Notes: generated by a model not told the origin, from the letters alone. DNA of 64,000 nucleotides from Trichosphaerium sp. ATCC 40318 (GCA_038496445.1 JALMLS010000052.1:62001-126000), one strand, 5' to 3'. Numbered from the stretch's first letter, positions 1 to 12,627 are shown. Translations and numbers: made by a program.

Positions 1-1186
1 TACCTACGCTATTGGTTATATACTATAATGAGTTTTGAGCGGTTATAAGGCTCTGTGGTGTCGTAACGGGAAAATACGAGCAGTTTTATTTACAAACGTG
101 CGTACCAGTGTTGTAGCCAAAGATAATGCCCCCAAATATATTAATAAGCGCTAAAACGATGCTTGAAACCCTCCGTTCCCTAAACGCATTGTTTTGCCAA
201 AAGAAGACCTCAATAAATCAAAACGTACTCTTGCATTGTGGTAAAACAGCTTTGCTATCTGTAAGGGTTTTGAAATAAATAAAAATTGTATTTGTAGAAA
301 ACTTGCCGAATTTGAACTTTTCGAATGGCTAGGCTTGTATGAATTCGTTATAGATGAATTCATGTTTGTGCGGCTTCTTTATAGTACTAAAAAGAACCTG
401 TTGGTGTCAAAACAAAGAGTTTGTTTAGGCTTGCATTCAAAAAACAACATTACTCCCGAACTTTTAAGAAGCTCTCAATACATCACAAAGTGAGCTATTT
501 TGTATACTCACGATACACACTGAGTATTACGTCAAGGACTGATATCGTCAGACCTTGAGTTTGCACATAGGTCACAAAACACGTGAATTGTGAAAAACAA
601 TTTTTCAAAAAAATAGCTGTGAAAGTTGTATGTTCGTTTAGACAAATCAAGTTATCTTTATTCCAACATAAAAGCGCCAAAGCATTTAAAATCAAGCCAT
701 TTTAATGTCAAGACTCGAGACCAATATTGTGTTTGCTCAGGTTTTTCCATTTCTTTAGCTAATGAAATTCTTTTTGGTTGAAGATTCTTATGATAGCCGA
801 AAGGATTGAAATCAGAACTGTGGTGTCTCGTGACGGAAGGGTGGTGCAGGAAATGTGCCTTGCTACAATGAGTAGACTTGTGTAAGATGCTACAACTTCT
901 CTGTAAAACAGTCATCCAAACCTGTACAATCGAATGCAACTTAGTTGTATTATTTCACCTAAACTTGTCTTTATTAACAACGATACAAAACCATAGTTAG
1001 AAGTTTTTGATTGGAGTTGTTTTGTAAAAATTTAAGTATTCAAAGCTCGGCTTCTAATTGTCAGAACTCTTAAAAGACTGAAGTCATTCTAGCCATCACT
1101 GCAAAGCACGTTCTTGTTTCAGTTTCTGAACTTGCTCTGAGTTCTCTGAACCATAAACACAGACTGTGCATCACACCACATAAATA

Positions 1187-2156
1187 ATGTTGCTTTGGTT
1201 GCCAGTGGAATTGCAACACTCAATTTTCGAGCTTCATAAGGCTGTTTATGTGGTTTGGCCCGTTTTATGTAGAAAAGCGGCTCTAACCTCCCGATTCAAC
1301 GCAAACTTCGAAAAACACGGTAAATGGGTCCGTTGGGAGTCGGATACGATTCATTGCCTGCATACATCCTTTGAGAACGGATTAAAACATGGACAGTACA
1401 CGGAGTTTAGTTCTGATGGCATTGGTAGAGGTACGTACGTTAAAGACAAGAAGCACGGAAAATGTACTTGGAAGAACAAAGACGGTGTACTAATTGAAGA
1501 GGTACACTTAACCCAAGGCCAAGAACCCACCTGGGCTTTATCGTAATAATAGTTTTTGTAAACTGGTCCTTTCGTCAAAGTTACCTGTTTGCATTTGTTG
1601 GTAGTTCTCTTCTGTACTAATGCAAACGCTTTTGTAGGATGTCTTTAAAGAAGGGATTATTGATGGAGATTGTAAGGTTTGGCATGAAAATGGAGTTTTG
1701 AAGGAACATACACAGTATAAGGGTGGTTGTATGCATGGAAAAAGTAAAAGCTGGAATGAGGAAGGTATACTCACAAGTGAAGGAAACTATGTTAAAGGGC
1801 AACTCCATGGAATGCAGAGGTGTACTGTGTTCAGTGATATACATACAAGCCATTTCAATAAGGGTGTTAACGAAGGAGTGTACACAGTACATGATAGTAA
1901 AGGAACTATGACTAGTCAAATTTTGTACAAGAACAATTTACCTAGTGGTGTTTGGCGTAAATGGCATAGAAATGGACAACTTGCTTCTCAATGTACATTT
2001 GTTGATGGAAAAGAACAAGGTGTAACCCATCAATGGGATGATCAAGGTAATCTAGCACTTGAAGATCATTTTGTTGATGGAAAGAATTGCGGACAACACA
2101 CTGAGTATTATCTTGATGGAAGTATTAAAGAACAGTGGACTTGGCATGAGAATTAA
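1187..2156 (+). CDS. F-box-like N-terminus + MORN_2 (MORN variant) repeat protein, 277 aa, 2 exons (1187-1501, 1638-2156)
   Basis: GT..AG intron 1502-1637 joins ORF 1187 in frame with ORF 1698 (EE|DVFKEG). LLWLPVELQ is an F-box-like start; repeats follow GxxxxW(H/Y)xNGxLxxxxxYxxG. Confidence 0.8.
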
Positions 2157-2371
2157 AGCAAACACTAAGCAAAAAAACCCCTCATACAGGTTTTAACACA
2201 TAACCCGGAGGAAATAGATTAAATTTTTATGAAATTATGTTTAGGTATTAGTCCAAAGTAACACAAAAAAAAAAAAACTAAAGACGATGTCGAAATAACC
2301 TTTTATTCTAAGTTTTTTTTTTGAAATTTCTTCAACACAACATGAGTACACAATATTTGATTTTGTTTTCC

Positions 2372-5300
2372 TTATGCCTTAGGTGTCTCAATATCTACGC
2401 GTAGAGGAGCATTCCAATGCTTGGATTCTATAAGAGAAAATGTTAGAGAGCAACGAAAACAATTAACAAGAACGTTGAGTTTGTGGGGTTTTTTTTTATC
2501 AAAACGTTGCTTCGTACCATCAGTGTAATACAAGTATATCCTACTAGCAGGTCCTTCATAACTTCCAGGTATACGTGCAACAACATCCATATTGAAAGTA
2601 CGTTTACCACCTGGTCTCATAGCTCTAAGGTACAGTGCTACTTCACGTCCAAGTACTTCATAGAAATCGATTTTTCCGCTCTTAACAAGCTCAGCAAGCT
2701 GCTCATGACGTGGTTCTAAACCACCTGGTAGACCGATCTAAAGGTGAAATAAATAAGTACATTAAACGGTAGGGATACAGAAGGTAATGTAAACAGATTC
2801 TGAGTGATGTAAAGGAAACGTACAACAGCTATTGTCATCGGTTGTCCTTGTTCCTTATTCGTATTGATCATTTCTATTGCAATCTCACCACCTTCACCTT
2901 CTTCTATTGTGTTGGAGCTAAGCTTAGTAGATAGCTGAACTTCACAATCAGGATCATCATCAGGTACAAGCTAAAGGTCATAAGTACAAAAACAACAGCA
3001 CGGTAATAAAATTTTCAAGCGCAGAATTCTGTTAGGCTTTAGCGTACAGTGTTGTAAGCGACATTGCATGAGTATGGAACTGCGCCAACACCATCCATTT
3101 CAATTGAAATCTCATGATCTCCAGGTTGCGATAATTGTTCTGCTATGGAAGGCATAGCAAGCATACCATCCTTAACTTTCTTTGGATCAACGGATTTCTG
3201 TGACAGCAGTTAAAAAATGATGATGTCTTCAAAAAAACCCAAAAGATTCTTACGTTGTAGATGCTCTTTCCATCGACGACAACTGAAATAGTACCCTTCT
3301 TAGGTACACCCTTTGTAGCATCAAATGCTACAATTGCCTTTAAGGCGAGGATAGTCGATTGTGTGGAACCAAAGCGGCCGTTCTGTTAAAACAAAAGTCA
3401 GAGAATGATTTAAGGGAAACAAAGTTTCAACGTACAGTACACTTGCTTGTGATAAACTTCATGGCCCTGTCAGCGTTTGCAGCAAATTCAGGTCCACCTT
3501 GAACAAAGGCGTAGCAAGCTAAACTTGTTGCTTCAACAGATAGTGAGCATCCCCATCCCATAGTAATAGTTGTGAAACGAGAATCATGAAGTTTTGGATC
3601 CTTTCCTCCAAGAACACCACCGTTTTCGTCTTGAAGACTTTGAAGTTTTGTACACCACCCTTTGGCTTGATCTATCTCACCAACATTGAACAAAGAGCAA
3701 GCTAAAAGACTAGCAAAACATAAGTACGAAAAAAAGAAGAAAAGAACCAGCGTACCTAATGTAATATGAGTTATCCTCCTCTGCTACCTTGATCACGTGA
3801 TCAAACTCCTTTCTTAGAGCCTCATAACTTTCTCCAGAAGCGCTAAGAGCCCATACAATATAGATATTGGTAATAGACTCAGGAGCTTTTCCAAATTGAT
3901 CCAAAGCGCGACCGCCTCTTTGGAACTTTCCATTACCATCACGTCTAAAAAAAATATGTAAACAACTGTGCATTCCTCGCTTGTGAGTTTGATTTCGTAC
4001 CTAGACATTAACCATTTTCTGACACGTGGTATTAGAGCAGCTGACATACCGCCCCAAACCTTGGACATATCTGTAAATTGAAGCAACCCGTAGGAAGTCA
4101 AACTTTCCTAATTGAAGAAATAAGTAAACAGCAAATTATCATTGTAATAAGAAACTTACCGATGGTGGGTTAGAACCAAACCAATCGAAACCGCCCATTA
4201 CTTTACCATCTTTTTTACATTCATAGCCGACAAGACGCTTGTAACTTTTTTCAATCAAGTCTTTGCGTACAAGTCAGCGAAAGAAACAATGAGAAATAGA
4301 ATTTTACCTTTAGCTTTTTTAATAAGACTTGGACTGACGCCTGAGTGGGTCATGAAGTCTATAGTATGTAATCAGCACGATGCATTTTGTAGTTTAAAGC
4401 TATAGCGTACATTGTTGGGCCATAACCATTGGGTAGGAGGTTGAACTTGTTTGCTCTGTGAAGAACCAAAATTAGTTTTGAAAAAAACTAGTGGCTAATA
4501 GAAATGATGTAAAGCAGCGTACCAAAACAACCACTTGGCATTCTAACAAGTGCTTCCAATGCCTTTGTAAGGTTACTTGCTGGAGTAAAGTTGAAGTAAA
4601 TATTAGTTTCAACTGAACCGTCAATGACGCCGTCAGGTATAGAAACACTGAATGAAACTTTGTTTGCTTTCTTTGAAAGCATGCCAGAAGAAGAGAACAA
4701 GTAAGGGAATCCAGCAGGTAGAACAAGGGTTTCACGGGTTACAGTATCACTTAGATCACCAGCATCAGCTTTAAGTGTCAAGTTCAAGAGCTGAGTAGAG
4801 TTCTAACGAAGAAAAGTTAGTCGCAGTCCATCAGACTAAAATCACGTGTAGTTTTTTGTACTACATACCAAGACTTTCACTTCCGCGTTTGTTCTAGTAC
4901 GTGTTCCCTTTGGTACGCGTATAGGTTTGTTGATAGCAACAAGTTTGTCTCTTGCTGATTTTTTACCACTCTTTGACTCCTTCTTAGTTCCAGAGAACTT
5001 TAAGGCACTCTTTGTCTCTTTGTTTCGTTTATAAGAGAGTTGCACGCTCATATCTTTATCAGTAGCATTAACAAGAGAACAAGGGATGATGATTTTATCT
5101 CCAGTTGAAACCTAAAGAAAGTTATAAGACGTTTATTACGTAAAAAATAACAGCAAAAAGAACTCAAAGCACTCAAATTAAGTACCTCAACAGGTAGTTT
5201 GTACTCCATATAGAATGGGTTCTTGCTTGTAACAACCTTGCTCGTAGCACCGATCATGCTTCCACTAAACCCTTCAACGTGTACCTGCGGTTAAGTAAGA

Positions 5301-8300
5301 AATAAGAATAGAGCGTGATTAAAAAATAAACAAATGTTGAACTATAAGAAAGCGTGCCTTGAAAGAGGTGATAGAGTCATTCAAATCAAAAGAGATATCA
5401 CTTCCACCAGCTTGAGAAGATGCGGTTTCAGTACTCAAACGCGTTTGAGAATCACAAAGAGCAACACATGGATATACTCCATCTAAAACAATGCACAAGT
5501 TAGCACCAGGTAAACAACCCCTTTTGGAAACACGTATACTTACTTTTAGCTGTGTTAAGGTTTGAGTATGCAACACCCAAGTCAGTATCATTCTTCTTGA
5601 ACGCGATAGTACCCTATTATATTTTAGTTATGACTAGCTAAGCGAGGCTTAAGACTAACCTCGTTAACATCAATAATCACAGTAATAACGTCACCATCTC
5701 CAAATCCCTGCTTGCTCCATTGGCTATCTGCAGATCCGTTGGAGTATTTGTACCTGTAACATTGTTAGCACGTGAAACTATAAATGTATTTATAGTTTTA
5801 TTTACCCTTGAGAACTTCCATAGTACGACCAACCAAGAGGCTTGCCAGTTTGACCAGGATAGCGGTTGAGATATGCTGGAGAGTCTAAAACTTCTCCAGA
5901 AATAGCTCCAACGAAAATAGAGTGTGATGCCGATGCTGCCTTGTTAACTGTTAAAGTAAACTCTAATCGACCTTGGACAGGGTTTTTAGATATAAGAGTT
6001 CCCCATCCAGAAGAGTTATAGAAGAAGGTGTCCTAAGTAAAGAGATTAGAGACGAAACTGTTTTCTTTTCTAAGAAAAAGCACAAAAAACTCAAAAGATA
6101 GTACTTACATTATCAACTTTCCACTTGGAGCATCGTTCAAAATCCCATTCAACAGTTTGTGAACTTGGACCACCAACTTCTTTACAAGCATTCCAATACA
6201 ATGTTTCAGTAAAATCCTTTCTTTCACCTGCTTTCCAATCAGCTCTCCTCTTGTGTGCGTAAACGCGGACCACACGCTCTAGGGAGGGTGCATGTAAGCT
6301 TTAATTGCATTGGAGGACATGACTTACTTGCTACAGCAGCCTGTGGAACTGGGCTTGCTACTATCTGAGGCGCTCTCCTTTTCCTGGCCATTTTCTTCTT
6401 GCCTTTTTTCATAATTTTCCTTGCTTTAGGTGCCTTGTCTCGCATTTTCATTGGTGGCGCAGCAGCTCTTTGTGGCATCGCTTGTGCTTTTGCTGCCTGG
6501 GCAGGTTTAAAAAGTACAGGAGCAGCTTGTGCCATTGGAGCAGGAGCAGCTGGAGGTGGAGGAGGACCGCGAGCCATTGGAGGCGCACGAGGGCCACGAG
6601 CCATTGGAGGTGGAGGAGGACCACCAGCGCCTGGTCGTGGAGGAGCACCACCCATTGGAGGTGGAGGAGGACCGCGAGCCATTGGTTTTCCTCTGAACTG
6701 CATGCCGCCACGACCGCGACCACCGCGACCACCGCCGAAACCACCAGGTGCTGGTGGTGGTGGAGGGGTGTTTATTATAGGTTTAGGTGTTGGTGTGCCC
6801 TTGTGGATACCCAAAAGCCTCTCAGCAGCTTCATCAGAAGAAGCACGTGGCATGGTTTTACCATCTTCTTCTTTTGTATTTGTAATAAATTGTGCAGGAT
6901 CAACAAAAGCAAATCTACGCCAACCCTAACACGTGGTTAGCGTTTTGGTGTTTATATTTGCCTAAAGCATTTATAACATACTTGAGTACCAAGAAGTAAG
7001 TCTAATGCAATATTAGACTTTGGATGTTCTTTGTCAAGGTAAACATGAGCCTAACAAATACTGTAAGACACAAAGGGTTTCTTCTTTTATAGTTGAAGAC
7101 ATACGTCTTCTAAGTGATCAACATCATCTTCTAGAAATACTTGAGCTGGGAGTCTTGGTACTTGTTTACGAGTTTGCACCATTTCAAGTACCTAAACAGA
7201 AGAGAAATGTAAATAAAAATAAAGTAAAGTTAAGAGCTAATCGCAAAAAAAACTAAAACTTACAGCATCATCAGTTACACAAACACCAACTGTACTTTCA
7301 ACTGGTTCTCCATTCTCATCAAATGTATCAATGTTAAGTCCAATTTTATCACCAGGTGCATATGTCTCTCTGTTAGTACTGACGACAATCTTCATCTCCT
7401 TTCCAGGACGCCTTAAGTATAATCAGTTGCAAGTCACAAGCAAAGGTAGGTTAGAGTTTTTCCAATTTACAAAAAACGCTAGGTTACCTAAACACTAATC
7501 TTTCGGCTTTTGGAAGTCCAGTACTATCGAATACAGTAACACGTAATACACCATCAGCAATACCAGAAGAAGGAAGGGTCATTTCTACATCCACAACGTC
7601 ATTATCGTTTCTAAGTTAAAATTAGTAAACACGTCAAAAAAGTACAACAATTACTTGATTTCAACATCTAATATAGTCACTTCTGCATCACGTTTGTAAC
7701 ATCCAACTCTATAGTAACCGGCCTGAGTAGCTCCTAGGCGGAAGCCTAGAGGTTCACCAGCAACGTATACTTCTTTATGTGCAATAAGGCTTACACCACT
7801 AGCTTTAACCTCTGGGAGAGGGTTCTGCACCTTGATTCCTGATGGATCAAGTATACGGAGTGTGTAAGATTTGCCCACTTGTGGTGTAAATGATCCACGA
7901 CCTTTAACAAAGTCACCAATGTACAACAAAGACGAGAATTTGAGAAAGGCACTGATTTTTTATCAAAAATAGGTTTATACCTCTGCCTTCGTGCATGGTT
8001 TGCAAGAATCCTGCAGGAACGTCGTTTTCATCAACAATTTGACCTGACAAGTCAGCTGGATCTCCTGTTGGTGTGAAAGCTAGGACATAGATAAGCCAGA
8101 TATACTCACTTAGATCTTTTTTTGCATCTTTTCTTACCTTCTAAGTAAACTCTAGCTGGGAGACCAGCTACCAAATCTCCACCTTCTGGATAGAATTTCA
8201 TATCGATGTTTTGTAATCTAAAGAGTGCGAGGTAAGATACGAAATAGTCTCACAAAGGTTCTTGACAAATCAAATTTGTAAGCAAGTTTTTTTGTTGACC

Positions 8301-10236
8301 ATTTCTGTGTGTACGTACAAGATAGGGATAGTTTGTCCAGTAGATTCAATGGTACCATTATCGTTTACAGTACATGTGAGTGTGCCTTCTCCCATTTTTA
8401 TGGATGTTGGGAGTGTAAACCTACAATGAAAATCAACTAACTGGCTAGGTTCAAAAATAAAATAACTTACTTGACAACAAGTTTACCATCTACCAACTTT
8501 TCTTCTTTACGGAAGGTTTCATCACCGTCTATACGTGCAACACATGTAACAGTAGCTTTATCAGGAACTCCTCCTTCTGAGCGCTCAACTGAAAGGTTTG
8601 CAGTGACCTTATCACCTGGGCCGTAGCCTTTTTTTGGAAATTCCAATTGGAGCTTCATGCGTGCTAAATCAACCGAGTTAGACAATTACATCTTTCAATT
8701 TGTGTCTGTTTGTACGTACGTGTACTGAAACTTCTCACGTTGAAAGATCTTTCAGCTGGTGGACAACTAAAATTTTTTGCGAGTGTTACAGGTCAAATCA
8801 AAAATAAAGCAGTTTTTAGATTACCCTTCATTCCAGAATTTGAGGTTGAGAACGTAGTCACCGCCTTCTTGATCTGCAGGAATATCCCAAGAGCCAGATA
8901 CAGTAGAAGATTTTGGTGGTCCTATAATACGTGTTACAAGCAGTGCAAGTAAAACTGAAAAAAATACGAACCCAAGTCTGAATTTAATGATTCGCTTCCA
9001 CTAGGCGCTTTGATGACGAGCTTTGCTCCCCATAGCGGGAAAAGTTGTTTTAAGATATGTTCAGGTACTGGTTCTTGTGTATGAACATGCAATAAAACGG
9101 CTCTAAAGTAAAGGGTATCCCCAGGTCGATAGATTGGCTGAAAAAATGTTAACAGACAGCGAAGGCGAAGTGGATTTTTGATCCGAAAAACAAAAACACG
9201 TGTTTACCTTATCTGTTGTGATACGTGCAATATAACGCTCGCGCCATTCGAACCTCTTCTTCAACGTCTTGCTCACGTTGTATTTATTCCATAAGTCCTC
9301 AACATTGTACATAAAAGGACGACCACCAAAGTTTGATACAATCTCAGCAGTGTTGTCCATTCCAATAAGTGGGTAGTATTCACCTAAACAATCACAAAGT
9401 TAGCGTTTAGTGTTTTTTTTTGGTAATACGATAGTACTTCGATGTCGTGCAATCAGTTAAACACATACCTTTTAGACTCTTTGGTAGTTTAATGGTTCCG
9501 TCCTTCAAGACTACTTCGCCATTTTTTGTAAAGTATAGACCATCTTTATCGTATCCACATCCAATGGTATCGCCTTGTTCGAATGTAGCTGCTTTGGCAA
9601 CTGCCTTACTGCCAGATTCGGCAAACAAACTTCCATCATCAGAATGATACCCGTAAGATCTAAATCGTATGAGGCAATGATTCAAACGTTTTGAAGCATT
9701 TCGTACCCTTTAATCCAACCAGGAAGTTGCTGTGTCCTGGGAAAATCTTTCCGTCCGAGCCCAACAGCCAAGCAAGTCTTTTTATCAAGCTATAGAGAGT
9801 TGGTGGTTTTCGGGGATGTGTTGTACGTACAGCGATGATGGTTACTTCAAAGTAGTATGAATCGTGAGTTTCAACGTTTACAGGTGTATTTGCCAGCGTG
9901 GCGTAAAGTAGTTAAGAACAAATGGTTCAACGCCAAAAAAAAGCGAAAATGCGAGTAAAAATGAACTAGTATGCTACCAGTTCGTAGTTTAAGGATATAA
10001 ATTCAGTTTCGGTAACGCATTCGTTTAGAATACGTTTGCCAGAAAACACCTTAAGTTGGCTAGGTGCGTTGGGTTGTACCCATTTAGAAGGGTATCTCAA
10101 CGATTTACCTTTATTTGCCCAACTGAAAATAGAGAAAGGCTCTGTCTATTCCTGAGTGAGCGTACAAAACGAAGAGAGCGTAAAGAAGTGAAAAGGCTAT
10201 GAAGACCAATTTAATATTAGTTTATTGACATACCAT
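2372..10236 (-). CDS. Alpha-2-macroglobulin/thioester-containing protein (bacterial-type A2M) with an N-terminal SPRY, an inserted second SPRY and a Pro/Arg/Gly-rich bait; about 30 introns
   Basis: Spliced motifs ITTDK|PIYRPGD, RKDFTETLYWNA, FDLNDSITSF, RMPSGCF|EQTSSTSYP (thioester CxEQ), GGFDWFG, LTSYGLLQFTDM, G(R)FGSTQSTILALKA, PASRIYLYY. SPRY motifs YYFEV..LPGW..SYGYHSDDG..GDTIGCG..FTKNG and GWSYYG..GDVITV..YPCVAL. The ATG at 10236 is directly followed by a GTATGT donor; the start is tentative. Confidence 0.88.
9903..9998 (-). other. U12-type (minor spliceosome) AT-AC intron in the A2M gene
   Basis: 5' ATATCCTTAAAC, branch site TTCTTAAC ending 8 nt before the intron end, 3' TTTAC. Removal gives in-frame ETEF|ATLANTPV..YYFEV. 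Confidence 0.88.
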
Positions 10237-10779
10237 AGTGTTCGTTAGTTTGGTAACTTGTTGTTATGTAGACAACCGAAAACCAAATACGGACCTTGAC
10301 TTAACATGCACCAAACAAAAACAACTCCTACTCGTGCTGCTGCCTGAGAAAGCGAAACCGTGTTCTAACCTGTGAGCTTTTTGTTTTGAGAAAACCGAGG
10401 CAAAACCAGAAACCAAAGTTCGCTTCCTACGCGTCAGCATTCGCGTAGGTATGGGGGAAACATACGCGAGGTTCAAGAGTGGTTATTAGGTGAAGCTAGT
10501 ATATTCATGCGTGTTTACGGTAAAACAACAAAAAATAAGCGCATCAATTTTGGAAAACTACATGGTTGTCGCAACCTCACAACGTAACCTAAAAAATCGG
10601 GTATTGATTAAGTATTGACCCAATGACAAATTTTCTGTGAAGTAGAATTCGAGCCGCAGGCATCAATTCGACGTTAAAACAATAGTCATTTCAAAACTGT
10701 GCTGCATCAATCATTTAAAATAACATACAGTCAGGTATGAAAGGCTCCGAATATAGTTAATACACTTTTACTTTTCTCA

Positions 10780-11185
10780 GATGGCATCTTTACTGAACAG
10801 CAATATCCAGTATGCATAGCGTCTTGCTCTATCCTGGAATTGCTATACCAACAACGTCCAACAACGTCAAGTCCAACAACATCAAGGCCCACACCATCAA
10901 ATCCAACGTCCAGTCCCACAACGAAGCCCTACAATCACAACAATATCAATCCCAACAACTCTATCAACAAGACAAACTTACTTCTTTCATGTTGATCTCA
11001 TCAGTTATAGTGATACTATAGTTTCAATTGTAACCAGAGTAACTGCTTGTTCAGTCGAAATCACAATTCAAACACATCCATTCTTTCGTCAAGAATTATT
11101 TTGTTATGGCTTTATTGACAGCTATGTGCTGACACTAGCTACGATTATTCTATCAACTATTGCCAACGTATTGCAAGTGTATTGA
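10780..11185 (+). pseudogene. Probable decayed mucin-stalk surface-protein fragment
   Basis: After an AG acceptor at 10780 the frame reads PTTSSPTTSRPTPSNPTSSPTT. The Thr-rich text continues (PTITTISIPTT) only after a frameshift near 10928. No start or signal peptide found. Confidence 0.3.
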
Positions 11186-11358
11186 GCAACAGAACCACAA
11201 GATGGTATGTTTGACTCACGAGATTTGTTATAGTATCTGTTGCACGTTCAGTCTCAACTACAGTGCTTGAAAAAGAAAAGAAGGATTCAACATTTCTCAA
11301 TATTTTCAATTTTATTTGTTTCTTAACCATGGTCTGATGAACAATTTTTGCGAGTTTA

Positions 11359-12627
11359 TTACAACATACACAAAAGAAACAACATTAACAAACAAAAGTG
11401 TATACCTAGCTGAGCAACGTTGCTCTCAGTTGGTGCCACTGGAGCCGTTGGAGCAGGCGGCGCTGTAGGTGCTAAAGTGGTAGGCGCTTCTGTAGTGAGA
11501 GGTAACGTGGTAGGGGCACTCGTTGTAGGAGTGATTGGAGGTGTTGGAGGTGTTGGAGATATTGTAGTAGGTGCATTCGTTGTAGGAGGAGCAGTAGGCT
11601 CAGGTGGAGCACAAAAGGAACCTTCCCAAGGCGCAGATCTGAGTTGACAATTGCAATTAGGCAGAGTATTCGCAGTGCATGTTGTTTCTGCCCTGTAACT
11701 CATAGAGTTAATCTCCGCGCCAGCAAACGGCTCCACTTCGTGGAGTTCATTTGCGAAATTGTCTGCGTCAGACCAATAGTTAATATCTGTTGGCGAAGAA
11801 GGCTCAACCCAATAAACAGGCCAGTTCTTTAACATTGGACGTCCGGCTGCCATCATGGACCTGTTGAGATCTTTGACAACTGTACTAGTCTGCGGGGTAT
11901 CATAGGTAGCATCGTTCTTTAGCTTTCTAGCTGAAAAGTGAACGTCAAGGCCTAGTAAAGTGTCTTGATAGCTGCCACTTCTCGTCACGAAATAAGCAAT
12001 CTTTATAGGTTCAGTGGGATGGTTTGGAGAGTCTCCAGTGTGGTATCCAAGACGACAGTCTGTGTACAGGTCTGAATACGTTATCTTGATCTGATCCAGC
12101 AAAAGAGTAGATAAAGTAGTCCGTTGGTGAGATTACTTGCGTGAAGACTTTTAGAAGCGTCTTGATACTGTTTTCATAGAATACGATTGGGATAGGATTC
12201 GTTTGAGCTACCATGCTTGCCTTGACAGTATATCGTTGGTTAACTAGGCCAAAACCTGTTGAAAGTATTCCGTTTGTATGTTTGCTGGGAATATAACACA
12301 GTTGACGCCAACTGCTATGATTGTATCGTTGTTAGGTATCCCAGATATGACTTTGATTACAATCCCAGTTGTAGTAACACTTTTGACTAGCACAATGGCA
12401 TGAACATGCGGAGCGCCTGTGGAACCCGGTTTATAGCTTATTGAACAAATAGGGACCGGTTCTATGTCGAAAGAGAAGTCGTCAGGGAAGGTGTAGCTTT
12501 TTTCTTCTCCAATCAGTATGTCATCATAGTATGGAAGCGGTTCTACGTTTGTAAGTGTTCTGAAGGTTGGAGTCTGAGCATGTGTAGCTGCTATTATTAC
12601 GAGCACTACTGCGAGCAATTTTATCAT
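11359..12627 (-). CDS. Secreted, probably GPI-anchored surface protein with an H-type-lectin-like beta domain and Pro/Thr stalk (3 exons)
   Basis: Signal peptide MIKLLAVVLVIIAATHA. Two short introns (about 35 and 46 nt) join ORFs 12244-12660, 12011-12214 and 11359-12102. F..F..P....V..VTTTG..I pattern; PT-rich stalk; hydrophobic tail with no cytosolic segment. Confidence 0.7.

Noticed and set aside
1-1100. Short ORFs at the window start
   Set aside because: No recognisable motif or consistent exon chain; could be part of an unknown gene.
6399-6940. Gly/Ala-rich and Trp/Arg-rich plus-strand ORFs
   Set aside because: Antisense shadows of the Pro-rich A2M bait exon.
10115-10215. Hydrophobic stretch KLVFIAFSLLYALFVL as an A2M signal peptide
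   Set aside because: Preceded by an in-frame TAA with no ATG and ends in a stop; lies mostly in T-rich intron 1.
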